A DNA stretch of 64,000 bases, taken from Nitrospirales bacterium. GTDB taxonomy: Bacteria > Nitrospirota > Nitrospiria > Nitrospirales > UBA8639. This document shows positions 23,236-35,800 of the stretch, one piece after another (within the stretch, counting starts at the first letter, position 1; every line of letters begins with the position of its first letter). A model generated the notes under the pieces. That model had not been told where the DNA came from. It worked only from the letters and a program-made list of their open reading frames with translations, and ran no database searches. A program made the position numbers and the translations under genes. Location of the stretch: positions 352,001 through 416,000 of the forward strand of contig CBDBCZ010000018.1 of assembly GCA_965203295.1 (NCBI GenBank). The letters are read 5' to 3'.

Positions 23236-24955
23236 CTACGAGGCCGCGATCGTCTGGCTGTTGTCCACTTCCCCACCTGCGAAACCTGTGCCTCGGCCCT
23301 GGCCCTGCCAGCCGGCAGCTGCGCCGGCACCTTGGCCGGCGGCACCTACGTCTGTGTCTGCAGGGAAATGTAGAGTAGTGTAAGTCACCGAATGTCGACC
23401 ACGTTGTGAACTTTCTGTCAAGGGTTCTATCTCAGCACTCAACATTTGAAACCAAGTTATAATGCTACCGTACCATGGCTGTACACCATTCTAATGTTAG
23501 TGAGTTCAATTCTTTATCGATGGTCGACTAGCAGTACGTATAATGTTCACTACATGTATACTTTTGCAATATCAAATCTCACTGACAACCATGTGCACAC
23601 CCACAGAAAGGTGGAGACTACTTTATTTCAAGGTGACACTCCTATAGTTTTCCTGTGCATTTTTGAACGATTTTTCACCGAAACTGTGACCTGGAGCGGC
23701 ATGAAGGTTAAATTGCGTATCATAAGTTAACTACTACGTTTCTACATATTGTCGACCGTGACAGTCGACAATATGTGACATATAAACTAAGTATTGTTTT
23801 ATATATATATATATATATAGTGGTGGACGTTAGGAGGTGGTTGAGAAATGGTGCTTTACGCTATATAGCTAGCTATAGTGCCAAACATGCATGGAGGAAG
23901 AGATAATTTGGCAGTGCGAAATTCTGCATTCTGTCTGATAAGAGTATTATATTTACAGTGATTATGCGAAATTCTGCAGAACTTTTTTGCAATGAAAAGA
24001 AAAGTATTTGTAGTCATCAGTAGTGGTTCCTTTAATGGCAAAGTAGTTCAAAATGCACTGGAACTGGGCGGCAGGAGTGATATAAGTCAAAGCAGTGTTC
24101 TTTTGTTTGTGGTTTGCAGTTTGTAATATTTTACCAGGCGTTCATACACATAGCACCAGTAATTGTCTGGGGTGCTACGGGTGCCTGATATCTTCTGGCA
24201 GGTGCAGTGCGTATTCTAGGTTTTCTGTACATGCAGAGAGGCCATACAACTCCATGCACGATTGCATGTTTCCACAGCAACTTACTGAGGTAGCTGATGT
24301 GTTCTGTTTGCCATCCACAGTATCGTAGGTAGTGAGAATACACTAAGCGGTATATTCTCACGAGTAACATGAAACAAGCGTACACTTGTTTTGGAACAAT
24401 GCCTGCCAGAACCACAGGAGCAACAATAGCGAACTTGTTGAACTCCTCTGCCTTCCAGTTCCCCAGTTTGCTGCTACTGGATGACTTGGGATTTAAGGTC
24501 GGCAAGCTCATTTGTCCAGGGAACTTCACTCAGAGCACTGATGAAGTCTGCTCAACGAAGGACACAAGGATTGCAGTCCTTCATTACAACTTGTACTAGC
24601 AAAGACAAGGTGCTCAAACTCCCATGAGATGAGGTTAAGTACGATTGTATGCATGGCATCGATCACAAGATCTTGGATGGGATCAAAACTGTACAAGTTG
24701 TACAGCCGATAGAACACAGATTCTCCATTAACCCCACACTCTGGAGAGATAACGCTCTGCTGCTTTCTTGTTGGAGCATTATCCACTACTCTCCCATCAG
24801 CACTGTTATTTTTGGCTGTCCTGGGTTCACCTGGGTGGTAAAATCGTCTGTGAAAATCACCATAATAATAATGTTTCCGGCTTGCTATGTAAGTTCCTTC
24901 AACTCCACAACGCCTGCAGCCATACTTACCTCCAGCCTTTGTCAACCCGAGTTCT
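23236..24955 (-). pseudogene. EnSpm/CACTA-like (Transposase_21-type) transposase, family 2, fragments
   Basis: GGKYGCRRC, LYSFDPIQDLVIDAMHTIVLN and LGNWKAEEF. The upstream ADSKAH motif is preserved in the copy at 37091-37771. Confidence 0.65.
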
Positions 24956-25343
24956 CATTTTTGGGACGTTTCAAGTTTATTGTGGGACATTGAAAATGGA
25001 TGTGAGGTTTGCAATTATAAGAAAACTAGGGCTAGCCTTAGGTTAATAGGTAACTACCAGTCACCACTTAAGCACTTAGTATCTAGCGATCATGTTGCGC
25101 AAAGTCGTAGGTGTTTTCTGTTGAAACAAGTTGCGGTAGTTGCCATACTAATAGACAGTTTTCCTCACTTTGTGTAATAGAGCTCATCTTCATAATTGAC
25201 GTTACAAATCATCAAGGTTAGCTGCTTAATAAGTGGGATTATAGTTGCAAATGACACGATTACATGCTTAAATGATAGGGTTATAATTCATATGAGCTGG
25301 GTTATAATGCTCCAACAATCCTTGGCTGACATCCTCAATGATC

Positions 25344-27110
25344 TCACTTTTGTGCTTTGATAATGTTTTTCACCTGCTTCGGAGACCGGTCAATTGCATG
25401 GTGACGTAAAAAGTCACGACATTCGATCGCACTCGGGGTGTCTCCCACCTGAATATGTGATGAGAAGAAAAGCATTACTACTTCTGTCTCCTTGGAAGTA
25501 AAGGCCCGTCTTTTAACTGGTGATAGCGACTTTCTGGCTGGCACTTTGGACATCGTCTTCTCCTGGTTGGGTAGCTCTCTTGGCTCAGGTTCCTTCTCCT
25601 TGGGCTCCCTCTGCTGCTCGGGTTTCTGCTCAGACTCAAGCTGTCTCCGCTGCACAGTCTCCATTGGCTACTCTGTGCCTACTGTATGCTTTCCCTGCCT
25701 GATGCTCTCCATAATATGGAAAGCCTCGGCAGCGTGTATATGACCAACGATGGCTCTGTAATGGTCCTGCTCAGTTTGTGTTGTGTGCAAGAGGCAGACG
25801 AGAGCGGCTTCAGTGGTGCCTGACATTAGGGCCACCTTAGTGGCCCCAATCTGCCTCACTTTGGTGGCAGTGGGAACCAAATGCCATAGGCATTTCCGAG
25901 CGACGAGATTTTTTGACTAACGTGGGTGAGAGGCCGGCACCCAGTGTACAGCAGCATCAGGTCACTTTGCTGTTCAGGATGTTGAAGTGGCCTGATGTGC
26001 TGCACATACTTCTGCATTCTCGACCAATCCTGGGCTTGAGATTTAGCCTAGCTGATCCTGCTCGGCCGGTCTTGTGCTCCTTTACGCCTATAATTTTCAT
26101 TTTATTGGCTTCTCTCCGAAATGTAGCGGCCTTCATCATCTCTTGGAAAGTTGCGTTAGCTGCCGCACCCGGACACTGCCAGTTTCTAAGGGTAGTGACA
26201 GTGGCCATCATGGTAGTGCATCTGTTTAGTGCTATTTCATTCACAACCTCACCTTTGCTGCACTTCCTGCAGATGCTGTCGAAATCAGTCCACATCTCAT
26301 GGCATTCACACAGGCTGTTGACCCCATCCAGTGACAGCTCTTGGATGGACAGCTCTTCAAGACGATGGGCAGTTAGCTTGTGCTTTTCTTTGCGGAGCGT
26401 GCCCTTTTATCCACCCAAGAACTCTTCCGCTCTACAGGCCCTGACGTGGAGCGGGTCTTCACGGAGGGACATCTTGAGGTATATCAACCCAAGCTTAATT
26501 GCATCAATCTTCTGCAGCTGGTCTTCTGGGCCAACTTTACTGCATGCACTCCAGCTTAGATGTCCCACTAACTGGTGACGATTGGTGAGGCGGCCCCAGA
26601 CTGGCATGGGCACCTCACCGCAAGCATAGCGCAGGAACTTAGACACATCTGTTGTTACCTCCTTGGCTGTCTTTGACCCCTTCTTCCCGCCATCAACACT
26701 CTGCAAGAAGGCATTAAATTCCTTGAGCGACTGATCTGACTCTCGGAATCTGGGAAAGTCCCTTGTGTCAATCACGAGAGGCTGAGGTTCCTTGAGGGAA
26801 GGATGTGGTTTCTCCAAGGAAGGCTTGAGTTGTTCCTTGGGAAAAGGATGTGGTTCCTCCAAGAAAGGCTCAAGTTGTTCCTCTTCTGCAGGAGGCTGCT
26901 TCTGGAAAAGCTCAACTATAGTAGGCTGTGAGTGATCTAAAGGCTTTCTTTGGTATTTCAACGCGCTTAGCGATCTTCAAAACTACTCTTCTCATTAGCA
27001 TGCAGCCTCTTATGCTTGTAGTCAAAATGCTGCGAGAGCCTTTTCTGGATATTACTTGGACAGCCAGCACTTGCGAGAATACCGGTTATCTTCACACTTC
27101 TGCATTTTAG
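25344..27110 (-). pseudogene. Decayed tyrosine-recombinase-like gene (CryptonV-like) with an N-terminal C2H2-like motif and a C-terminal Myb-like tail
   Basis: Consecutive broken frames: GC..QKRLSQHFDYKH; FNAFLQSVDGGKK..DVSKFL; NWQCPGAAANAT (degenerate QRPG); GVKEHKTGRAGSARL; TATKVRQIGAT; LHTTQTEQDHY; KRRAFTSKE..RSPKQVKN. Confidence 0.6.
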
Positions 27111-27329
27111 GGTAAAGTGATAACGTGGTGGTAAAAATTACAACCCTTGAAAAATTACATACTGCATGGGCTTCACCCTTCGCGCCTAACAATCTTTCGC
27201 GGTCCATCTTCTCCAGTTGACCCCACTACCCTTACTAAGAAAAAAGGCTCCAGGCAACGAGGCTACATCACAAGAAACATAAGTACTGCAATCTGTAAGC
27301 TTACAATAAACTACAGAAGCGAGCCTTCT

Positions 27330-27608
27330 TTACACGTTCATAATTTTCTCACCTCTCACTTGCGCAGCTGTACCGGTACACGTTCCCACAAAGTAGACTG
27401 TATCGCCCCATCCGCCCTGCGGTGGGTGAATCACTCCGTCGACAATTCTTACAACTTTCACCATCCCTGTGGTGGGATTGCGGTACTTCAGACAGGACAC
27501 ATTCCTGAACATAGACTGTAGGGTGTTGAGGCCTAGGGAGCCATTTGGCTCTAGGTCAACCTCGCAAGCTTCACCGCCTTCTCGTGCCACGACGACATAA
27601 TCTTCCAT
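27330..27608 (-). CDS. TDP-43 N-terminal-domain-like small protein (no RRMs)
   Basis: MEDYVVV..EACEVDLEPNGSLGLNTLQSMF..CLKYRNPTTGMVKVVRIVDGVIHPPQGGWGDTVYFV aligns by eye along its whole length with TDP-43 residues 1-75 ([65 protein letters not shown]). Confidence 0.8.
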   Translation of the reverse strand: MEDYVVVAREGGEACEVDLEPNGSLGLNTLQSMFRNVSCLKYRNPTTGMVKVVRIVDGVIHPPQGGWGDTVYFVGTCTGTAAQVRGEKIMNV

Positions 27609-27711
27609 TTTCTTCTGAACTCACGAAACTCTGATACCAAAGACTAGTACTCGCTCTGAACTCACTCATTAAAACTCCGAAAGGAAAGACTAGTTGGCAC
27701 CTGCACCTATG

Positions 27712-27719
27712 TATTTATA
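27712..27719 (-). promoter_or_regulatory. Candidate TATA box upstream of the TDP-43-NTD ORF
   Basis: TATAAATA on the minus strand ~105 bp upstream of the ATG. Conserved at 62231-62238. GC-box/CCAAT-like ccccgcccattgg at ~27785. Confidence 0.4.
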
Positions 27720-28143
27720 GGGGATTGGTCATGAGACTAGATATAAAGCCTCATATCCGGTTAGTTAACTAAACGATTTTAAAGCCCCGCCCATTGGCGA
27801 AATCATCGGCGTTAAACGGGAGCCGTCTAGTCTGGACTAAAGATGAAGCGAAGCTGTTACAGAGTCGACTCGGAGTCGATGTGTATTAAAGTTTGTTTGT
27901 GTCTTGTGTCGATGTTCCCTGAGGAAGGTTGCATCGATAGTAGAGTGCGTAATATCTATGCAACCGAAACGTTGGCAGTTTCTTTGAAACAACTGTTGCG
28001 GGTTGGAATAAGGATACGTATAATTATCTCCTTGAGTATGTAGTGTAGACTAAGGCTTGACCAGATATCTCTGGTGTTGACACCTTGTAATTAGCTTTGC
28101 GTCGACGCCTAGACTAGCCACGTGTGCTTCATGCTTCTATATA

Positions 28144-29732
28144 CAGTGCTCAGAATCTAAAGAGTAGATTTTCTCTGCAGGCAGTTTCTGTCACTTTTAC
28201 TTTAAAAAATGAATGGAGATACTTATGATAACTGTTCATAAGCCTAGCTACTTGATAAATAAGGCTGTGGACTGACAATAAAGTACTCTTCCGCCAAGTC
28301 TTCCATAGACTGCCGTACTTAGCGGCCATGTTTATTTGACGTCACGGATTTCTTGCGCGTCACAGAAATGCCGTAACCGTAGGGACTTTCCCTTACTAAA
28401 CTCAATAATCGTGCGGTTTACACCAAGCTACAGTCTATTGCTCGTGAACAAATCGTCGAAACGCTCGATACTGCTACGGACTTACTCTTTACATGGAGAG
28501 ACCGCCACAGCAGCAGGGCCGACAACGAACGGGTAGCTGCTCTTGCGATATACGCTCAAGTGACGGAGCGGGGGAGAAAAACTATCAGCGGAAAATTGTT
28601 TGCGCTCATCCTGTGGTTCCTTAGGCAGCTGTACAGGCCTTCCGTACGCTAGTTTTGCGTCTCTCAAGCCGTAGCTTCACTGGACACAAGTAGCGTGTCC
28701 GTGTCGTGACTGTAGGCGTGGTTTGCGTAATCGTCATCATAGGTCATGTGATGAGTGAAAAACGTCAGAATACGCAATCAAAATGGTGAAAAATGCCTGC
28801 GCAGACGGAAAAAAAATTTCTGACTAAGCAGTAAGACTCAGGAATTGTTTGAATAGTGGTACATTTGTATCAACTCTTCAATAGTTTTGTAAAAAAAATT
28901 GAGAGTTCTCGGACAATAAATTCAAAAGTTACTACCTTAACCGATAACCCACTCAAAACATAAACTTTGGTCATTATCTCTGGTGTTGATTTATCAAGGA
29001 AAACATTTCTAACATTCAGAGATACTTTGGCCTGACTACTTTTTATATTCAAGGTTTAAACTTTCTTGGAACAAAGATGTAGATTTAAGCACCTTAACCG
29101 ATTTTCCAAGTCAGGTGTCTTGCAGAAGCCATAGAACCCTTAGGTTATTACTAATTCAATTAATACCTTTCCCAACTTGTAGCAGATGTATGTAGGTATA
29201 TGCATACCACTTTTGAGAACCTAACATCAAGTTATGTAGGGTGTAGAACAGTTAAAGCAATTTTATCAACAAGTCTGACATTTCATGTCTAAAAACCAGC
29301 CGGACGCCTTTCCCGTACAACTCAGCTTAGGCCAAGCTACTAAACTACAGCTGTAGAGCCAGAGATACTATATTCCTAGAGCGGTACAGCGAAAGTGCTG
29401 ACTCAGCAGTTTCGTCATGCGCCTCCAGTTAGTAGCTATACGCCAAGAAACCAGGATATTTACGGCTACCTACCACATTTTCGCCATCTAAGCAACACAA
29501 AACTACCTTCATTTGCTGTAGCTTGGCCTGCAAACCTCCAAACGCTGCTATACACTGCAGTTGCATAGTAACGTATGACGTAATATATTGCGCACGTGAT
29601 AAGTGCGGACGCACAAACAGACAGACAAACAAACAGACAAACAAACAGACGCGGAAAACGTAAAGCAATCTTAGTACCAGCCGTTTGCGCGCTCCGGCTG
29701 GTAAAAATTTACTCTTTAGATTCTGAGCACTG
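28144..29732. mobile_element. Non-autonomous Tc1/mariner/pogo-type element (TA target)
   Basis: TIRs cagtgctcagaatctaaagagta / tactctttagattctgagcactg, flanked by TA. Empty site ttctatatataaggac at ~62675. Confidence 0.85.
29268..29707 (-). mobile_element. HINE/DINE-like Helentron-associated element nested in the TA element
   Basis: On the minus strand: 5' ttttaccagccgg..cggctggta palindrome, (gtct/gttt) microsatellite, 3' subterminal ccggctggt, small hairpin gacatgaaatgtc and a cttgtt end. Confidence 0.7.
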
Positions 29733-30199
29733 TATAAGGACATTACTACTTACTTTTTTCAAGTTACAGCTCGAATAGTTCAAATCTAGTTACTTTTACC
29801 CAGTTACAGCTCGAACGGTTCAGATCGCACACAAGTCTTCCATTCAAATGTACAAGCAAGAAAGTGAGTATGGCAGTTCTGTGCTGGAGTCCTAAATCAG
29901 TGTGTAGATAGCAATTGTATGCAGGAGAGTGTAATTTCGTAGGTAATATAGTACACAACAGATAACGGGGATTGCTGGAGCTTTGGATGGCCACCAGGAT
30001 GAACAGGAAGGGCAGGAGAGTGAGGAGAACGAGACTGAGAGCGATTTTGACTGTACATCAAGCGACACAATTGAAATCACTGATGAAGATTAGAAGTACT
30101 TTTCATATTCATTTTCACATACATTTGTGTAGTTGTTCATTAATATTATTGTCTTGATACCGAGTTACTACAATGATACAGAAGTACTTTGAACTAAAA

Positions 30200-30559
30200 T
30201 TACGTCAGGTTTTTTTTCCACAACCTCTTCAGCTTCTGGATTTCTTTGGGTGTGGCCTTGAACAGCAACGAGAAAGGAACTTCCAGCCTGCCTTGAGGCA
30301 GATCTGCGGAGTATCTTCTCCCTCCAGTCACTGTGCAGTCAATCGTACCCCCTCGTCGCAAAAAGAGAGAACACACTCTAGATAACTTTCGCGGTAAATG
30401 GCCAATAATAGTTCCCATTCTTTTCACGGCTACAGCATATCGATCTCGACTGTTGTGGAGCTCTCTCTCACATATCAACACTTCTCCAGTAGCTGCTTCC
30501 CATATTTCTTTATATACGTGGTAGCTATGAATGCAGCAAACTCTTTCTAACTCTTCCAT
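30200..30559 (-). CDS. HIRAN-domain small protein (transposon-associated)
   Basis: HSYHVYKEIW..GEVLICERELHNSRDRYAVAV..IIGHLPR..GRLEVP pattern. Lies in a segment absent from the duplicate locus. Confidence 0.7.
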   Translation of the reverse strand: MEELERVCCIHSYHVYKEIWEAATGEVLICERELHNSRDRYAVAVKRMGTIIGHLPRKLSRVCSLFLRRGGTIDCTVTGGRRYSADLPQGRLEVPFSLLFKATPKEIQKLKRLWKKNLT

Positions 30560-30769
30560 GCTGACTGAGTGTCTCTCAAGCGCTCGTTGACGTTAAATTT
30601 TGCTTGATCGAAAATTAATGTGCGAAATTACTAAGCGTGAGAATTTTCGTAGCTTGTTCTAAATCTACGATAAATTTTTAACGCGAAAATTTATCTTATG
30701 AAACCATAAGGGTAGGGAACCTGTTTTTTAACAGCATGGGAATGGAATAAAGTAGCATGCAGGATTCTT

Positions 30770-30990
30770 TGAAAATCAGTTGGCCACTTCGGTCCAACAA
30801 GAGCTTTTTGTAAAATCACTGCTGTGAAACTTCAGAATTCAGTTGGCCACTTCGATCCAACAACAGCTTTTTGTAAAATGAACATAGTAAAATTCTGAAT
30901 TCAGTTGGCCACTTTGGTCCAACAACAGCTTTTGTAAAATGAACTCAGTGAAAATTCAGAATTCAATTGGCCACTTTGGTCCAACAAGAG
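30770..30990. repeat. ~62-bp tandem repeat (about 4 units)
   Basis: attcagttggccactt(c/t)ggtccaacaa(c/g)agctttttgtaaaat is repeated. Confidence 0.75.
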
Positions 30991-31232
30991 AGGGGGATTT
31001 TGTACAACCCTCACTCTTATAAGCAGAGATCGAGTTGGCTGCTTAGGACCTAGCTACTGAAAACCTAGCTCTCAGTGAAATAAGGCATTCAGTTGGTTTT
31101 TGGAATAAAGTTAGCTTTTTGGGCGAATTTACGATCCACTGATCCAGTCCTCTTGGATAGCTAAAAAAAGCCGGTGAGTAGCAGCTTTGGAGCAGTGTGA
31201 GGAAAACCTCTTGGTAAGGTGGTGGCTTTTAA

Positions 31233-31819
31233 CCCTTTGGCTTCCGAGAGCGCCAAATGGCGCTCTTAAAATGCCAGGTCTTATCAGCCACGTAGTGCCG
31301 CGTAGTACGCAGCAACCACAACGATTATATCCTGTTTACTTTGCGCATGTATTGACCTCTGTACTGATATATATTTTATAAATATTCATAGCTTCCTGTA
31401 CGGATATAACAACCACAAAAATGTCGCTCTCGTGCGCTAATGCGCTAGTCCGCGCTGCAACTTGTCTGGTCGGTGCTTCCTTCTGGTCTTCTCAGTTTCT
31501 GTAGGTTCTCTGTGTCTGTGACCCGTCTGTGCATCTCCAGAGCCTATTCTATACTGTAGCTACTGCCTATCAGTCATCATACTCCGTGCTTTAGCTAACT
31601 ACCGTGCTCAGCCTGAAAATCACAAGTTTACAGCGCTTTTACTAGTCACGTGACCTAACACGTGTTTCCATGGCAACGCATCGTGCCTAGCGCCTCAGGG
31701 GATTTCCCTCAGGGCATTCTACAGTGCAGTAGGGCCTAGCAGGAGACAGTAATAATTCAGATTACTGGAGGTAAGCTCACAGACTAAAATAATATTCACA
31801 AATCTAGGAAGCCAAAGGG
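31233..31819. mobile_element. piggyBac-type MITE
   Basis: TTAA TSD at 31229-32 and 31820-23. TIRs ccctttggcttcc / ggaagccaaaggg. Single TTAA at the homologous site ~63295. Confidence 0.9.
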
Positions 31820-32112
31820 TTAAAAAAGTCGGTGAGTAGCAGCTTTGGAGCAGTGTGAGGAAAACCACTTGGTAAGGTGGTGGCTTTTAGAAAAGCCGGT
31901 CAGTGAGGTGTTGGCTTTTAAAAAGCTGGTGAATAGCAGCTTTGGAGCAGTGTTAGAAAAACCTCTTGATAAGGTGGTGGCTTTTAGAAAAGTCGGTGCA
32001 AAGTAGAAAACAGTACAAGGAGAAAATAAAGAAGCAGTGTCTAAATTAAGGCATGATAAGTAATGTTGCTGTCTTAGTAACAATAGGTGCAAAAGGTGTA
32101 GCTAAATTAAAT

Positions 32113-35100
32113 GTCAAACTCCACAACATGGCACAAGCAAATTGAAGTGTACATAACTGAATTGACGTAATATTTATGATACACTTTATGCATTTTTAGT
32201 GAGCCTACATCTACCATAACGTAGCTATTGGTATTGGTGATAGAATAAGCAAAGAGATGATGCGAAAAAGGCGATGTTTCGTGCACTTGAACTAAAAATT
32301 TCTTTCTCTAACCTTGTACAAAGATGTGATCAATACCTCCGAATACTGGAAGCTCTTCGTCAGACATTTCCAGGCAAACTAGGGCACCTTGTCGAAACTC
32401 CACCCCGAGCACAGTGACAGCTGACACGCTTAACTCATTGCACGCCGTAATTACGTCACGCGCGTGATGCTCCACGCTATAATTTCTACAACAATGGCGT
32501 ACTAAAAGTTTTAGCTCAGTGTTTGGCTATTTTTATGCTTACCAAGTCAAGTATCCAGCGAATTCTGCGTTGTACTTGTTAGAAGACTATCGGATACAGC
32601 CATTGAAGGCAAAAAGGGCGGCGGATTGGATCCAAGAAGGGCTTCAGGAGCGATAACCGGATACACGGTAAGTTTGATACGAAACTGTTGTCTTCACGCT
32701 CAGGCGGCAAAGAACGATGGTCCTACTGAAGCCCCCGACTCTCCCCTGAACCAGTTACCATTGTATCCGCCAGTGAAGTTGACTACAGAGCCTGACTAAC
32801 TGTGCAGTAATGTAGGTAGCCATAGCTAGCCGTCTTGATCGGTTGTATATTTTGCCGTATGTATCCGTTCTATTACAGATTAGATCGACTTTCGGCACAC
32901 TTACATCATTATTAGTAATCACTCTATTCAATTTTATGGCTAATAAAGGAAGGGGTTGCCCCTCCTGGCCGTACAGTTAACTTGCCGTTTCTAAAGCCAC
33001 TATAGTGGCGTGTGGCGTAGCGGAAGGATTACGTAATATCCAGTTAAGTGGCGTACGGCGTGCAATGAGTTAAATAGAAGAAAATAAATTGCTGCTGTGA
33101 GACTACTCAAAAGTGCACACATTCATGTATACTTTCACAGAGTCGTGTGTAATGTTTATCTCACCTCTGCACAGATGAGCACCCAGGGAATTCCTCTGCT
33201 GCAACTTTTCTGGCACCAGATGGGAGCTCAGGAAGCTCTACTGCATTTTCTATGGTGATAAAAGCATTGCATGCATACATAAATGAACCAGCTACACTAA
33301 TTAGAAAGAAGCCGCAAGTTTAATTTTTGGTTGTCTGTTCTGCTAGTAAAGTGATACCTGTTTAAAATAATATCAAATTTGTATTCCGTTACTGAGTTGA
33401 AATTTTTCGCACACTGACAAGAAAATATTAATTAAACTACTTGTTGTACAGTATGTATTACTCTGATAGTGTATTTAATGCTGCAATAAAGTAGATCGTA
33501 CCTCTCCCTACTTCGTCGCTCTTGTAAAGAAAGTTTGATGGCTCGACCCCTGGTGCAGACAGCATCTGAAGGCACATGTAGTGCTGGTGCTTGGTGGCAA
33601 TGGTGTAGGGCAGGTTCTTGAAGTTCTTGCCCACCATGCTCTTAATGTGAGCATTTTTTTTGCCTCAAATCGCATGCACCATTGGTTTTGGAGGGGTCCA
33701 AACCTACACATGCATGCAAAAAAAACAAATTTAAAACTAGACTTCTGCATGATTGACATTAAATGAGTTTAACATTCGATAGATGCCATAATAAATAAGG
33801 TTCATAGTCTGTCTAAGTCTCTTTTCATCCCTAAGCTGCATATTTACACTGCAATACATGTAGATCACATTACTATACGATCACACAAACAGTTAACATA
33901 GTTATGTACGATGTATGCAGCTTCATCTGCTGTGGAAGGTGTATCAGGTAGTGCAGTTTAGGCACCATGCTTCCAGGGTACAGCTGGTTGTACTGCCTGA
34001 GGTATTCCTGCACAAGCAGTGTCATTGTGCTGGCTGTGACCTCAGTCATTTCCACTGCTGTGGCATGAGTGACCACCCGCAATGGTTGGATGTAGCACTT
34101 TCAAGTTGATTTTTGCTACGAAATAAATGAAAGTATTTCACTGTGTTACTGAGTGGACGAGTTCACACAAAAATTTATATTAATTATATTATTATTATAA
34201 TCATATACAGAAATACTAAGACAAACACTGATCGAAAAGAGCTACTCACCTGATTGCCCCAATTTTGTTGAGTTATCACTTACAAGACGATCAGCTGATT
34301 CACCCCGTAGGTTGTGGAGAAGCTGTCTGACAATCCTGGAGCTGAGTCCAATAGGAGGCACTGTCGTCTGTGCCTGTCAAGGCTCCTTAGTTGGTCTTTG
34401 GAGGCATAGAACTGTAGTGAAGAAGTTCTGTATACCATTATGTATGTAGCTATTTGGCCCAAATTGCAAAAATTAACCTGTATGTAGGGGTCTGTGGGTA
34501 TGTTCTTAAGTAGCCCCACCCCTGTTGTGGCTTGCGTATGTGTTCTTGAGTTTGTCCCTCGTCACTAACTATTGACATGATGACTACCAGTGACAACATA
34601 CCTTCGTATGAAGATGCTGAGGTAGAATCATGCATGTTTGGCATTTTCTGTATGTCGAAGCACTTTCCTTGTACCCCCCCAGCACAGCTTGCAGTGGGAG
34701 AATCTTCAAGAAATGCAAGCTAGCACCCATGAAAGTGATGCTCTTGCCTTCCAGTGCATACATGAATGCCTTCCTGTTGGAACCAAAAATTTAGATACTT
34801 AAATGTCATAACACAGATAGGAGAAATGTATGCAAAGGACAGAACCACACACATGTCCAATGCACATGTCCAATGATTTATCTACAACTTGGAGCAATGC
34901 AACTTACATCAGCAAGCACTTTCAAGTCTTGGATGAGCAACTCAAGCACAGCATCAAATCCATACAGCTTCACATGGCTGCTGTTTGTAACAGCCAGGAG
35001 CTGAATAAAATGCAGTGATGAGCGGTGGCAGGGATGGATGTTAAAGAGTGCCCAGTAGAAAATACCTAGTATGTGTTACAACAGATGGAAAAGTGAAAAA

Positions 35101-35800
35101 TTTATGATTTTGGACAAAAGCTAGGGAATAACCCTCTTGCATACACAGTGTACATATATGTATCAGTGTGAAGGCAGTACAAAGAAGCACGTACCGTATA
35201 GCAGGTACTATTCAATGGGGACAAATTTTCACATTAGTGGTCGCGTGGCATCCACAACAATTTAATCCACGAAAAATACCTGCTGTACAGTACGTAGTTA
35301 TAGTTGTGTAGTTAACACCACAAGCAATCGATGTCTGCACATGCAGGCATATTCACAGAAAGCTATAGACAAAACAGTTTAGAAAGGTATAGTGATACTC
35401 TTATATTTCAGACAGAAGTAGCACATGGAAGCTGCCGGCTGCCTATAGCACAGGAAGTTAACAAAGCCAAGCTGCCGGCTGCCTTTAGCACAGGAAGTTA
35501 ACAAAGCCAATACTTCTTGAACTAGACTAGCTCAGTGTAGTTCCTCAGACCCATATATCAATAAGTATTCACTGACATAATGCACACAGACATACATACC
35601 AAGCTTGTGCTTGCTTTTCCTTGATCCTAGTGGATTCCCAACTCCCAGTTCGTCATAGAAAATTGCCAACGTCAGTGTGTGAGAATCCTTCAGGAACATG
35701 GGGTGAGACTTGAGGAATTCTCCGACGCAGAAGTCCCTGAGCACTTCTCCAGTACTTTGGTGCCCAGTCAAAACTTCATCCAGCACATCCGGTTTTCATT
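32113..35800 (-). pseudogene. EnSpm/CACTA-like transposase family 1, copy B
   Basis: IFYDELGVGNPLGSRKSKHKLG (~35600-35670), PKLHYLIHLPQQM and FGPLQNQWCMRFEAKK, with GT-AG bounded pieces. Confidence 0.7.
32434..33069. mobile_element. TTAA-targeting MITE
   Basis: TTAA TSD at 32430-33 and 33070-73. Perfect TIRs ctcattgcacgccgta / tacggcgtgcaatgag. Empty sites at ~11725 and ~63905. Confidence 0.9.

Noticed and set aside
25913..26578. 221-aa plus-strand ORF (also 60501-61163)
   Set aside because: Antisense to the YR-like pseudogene, with no recognisable motifs.
27330..27608. Calling this the host TARDBP gene
   Set aside because: No RRM-encoding exons are visible downstream, and the adjacent coding sequence is recombinase-like, so no gene symbol is assigned.
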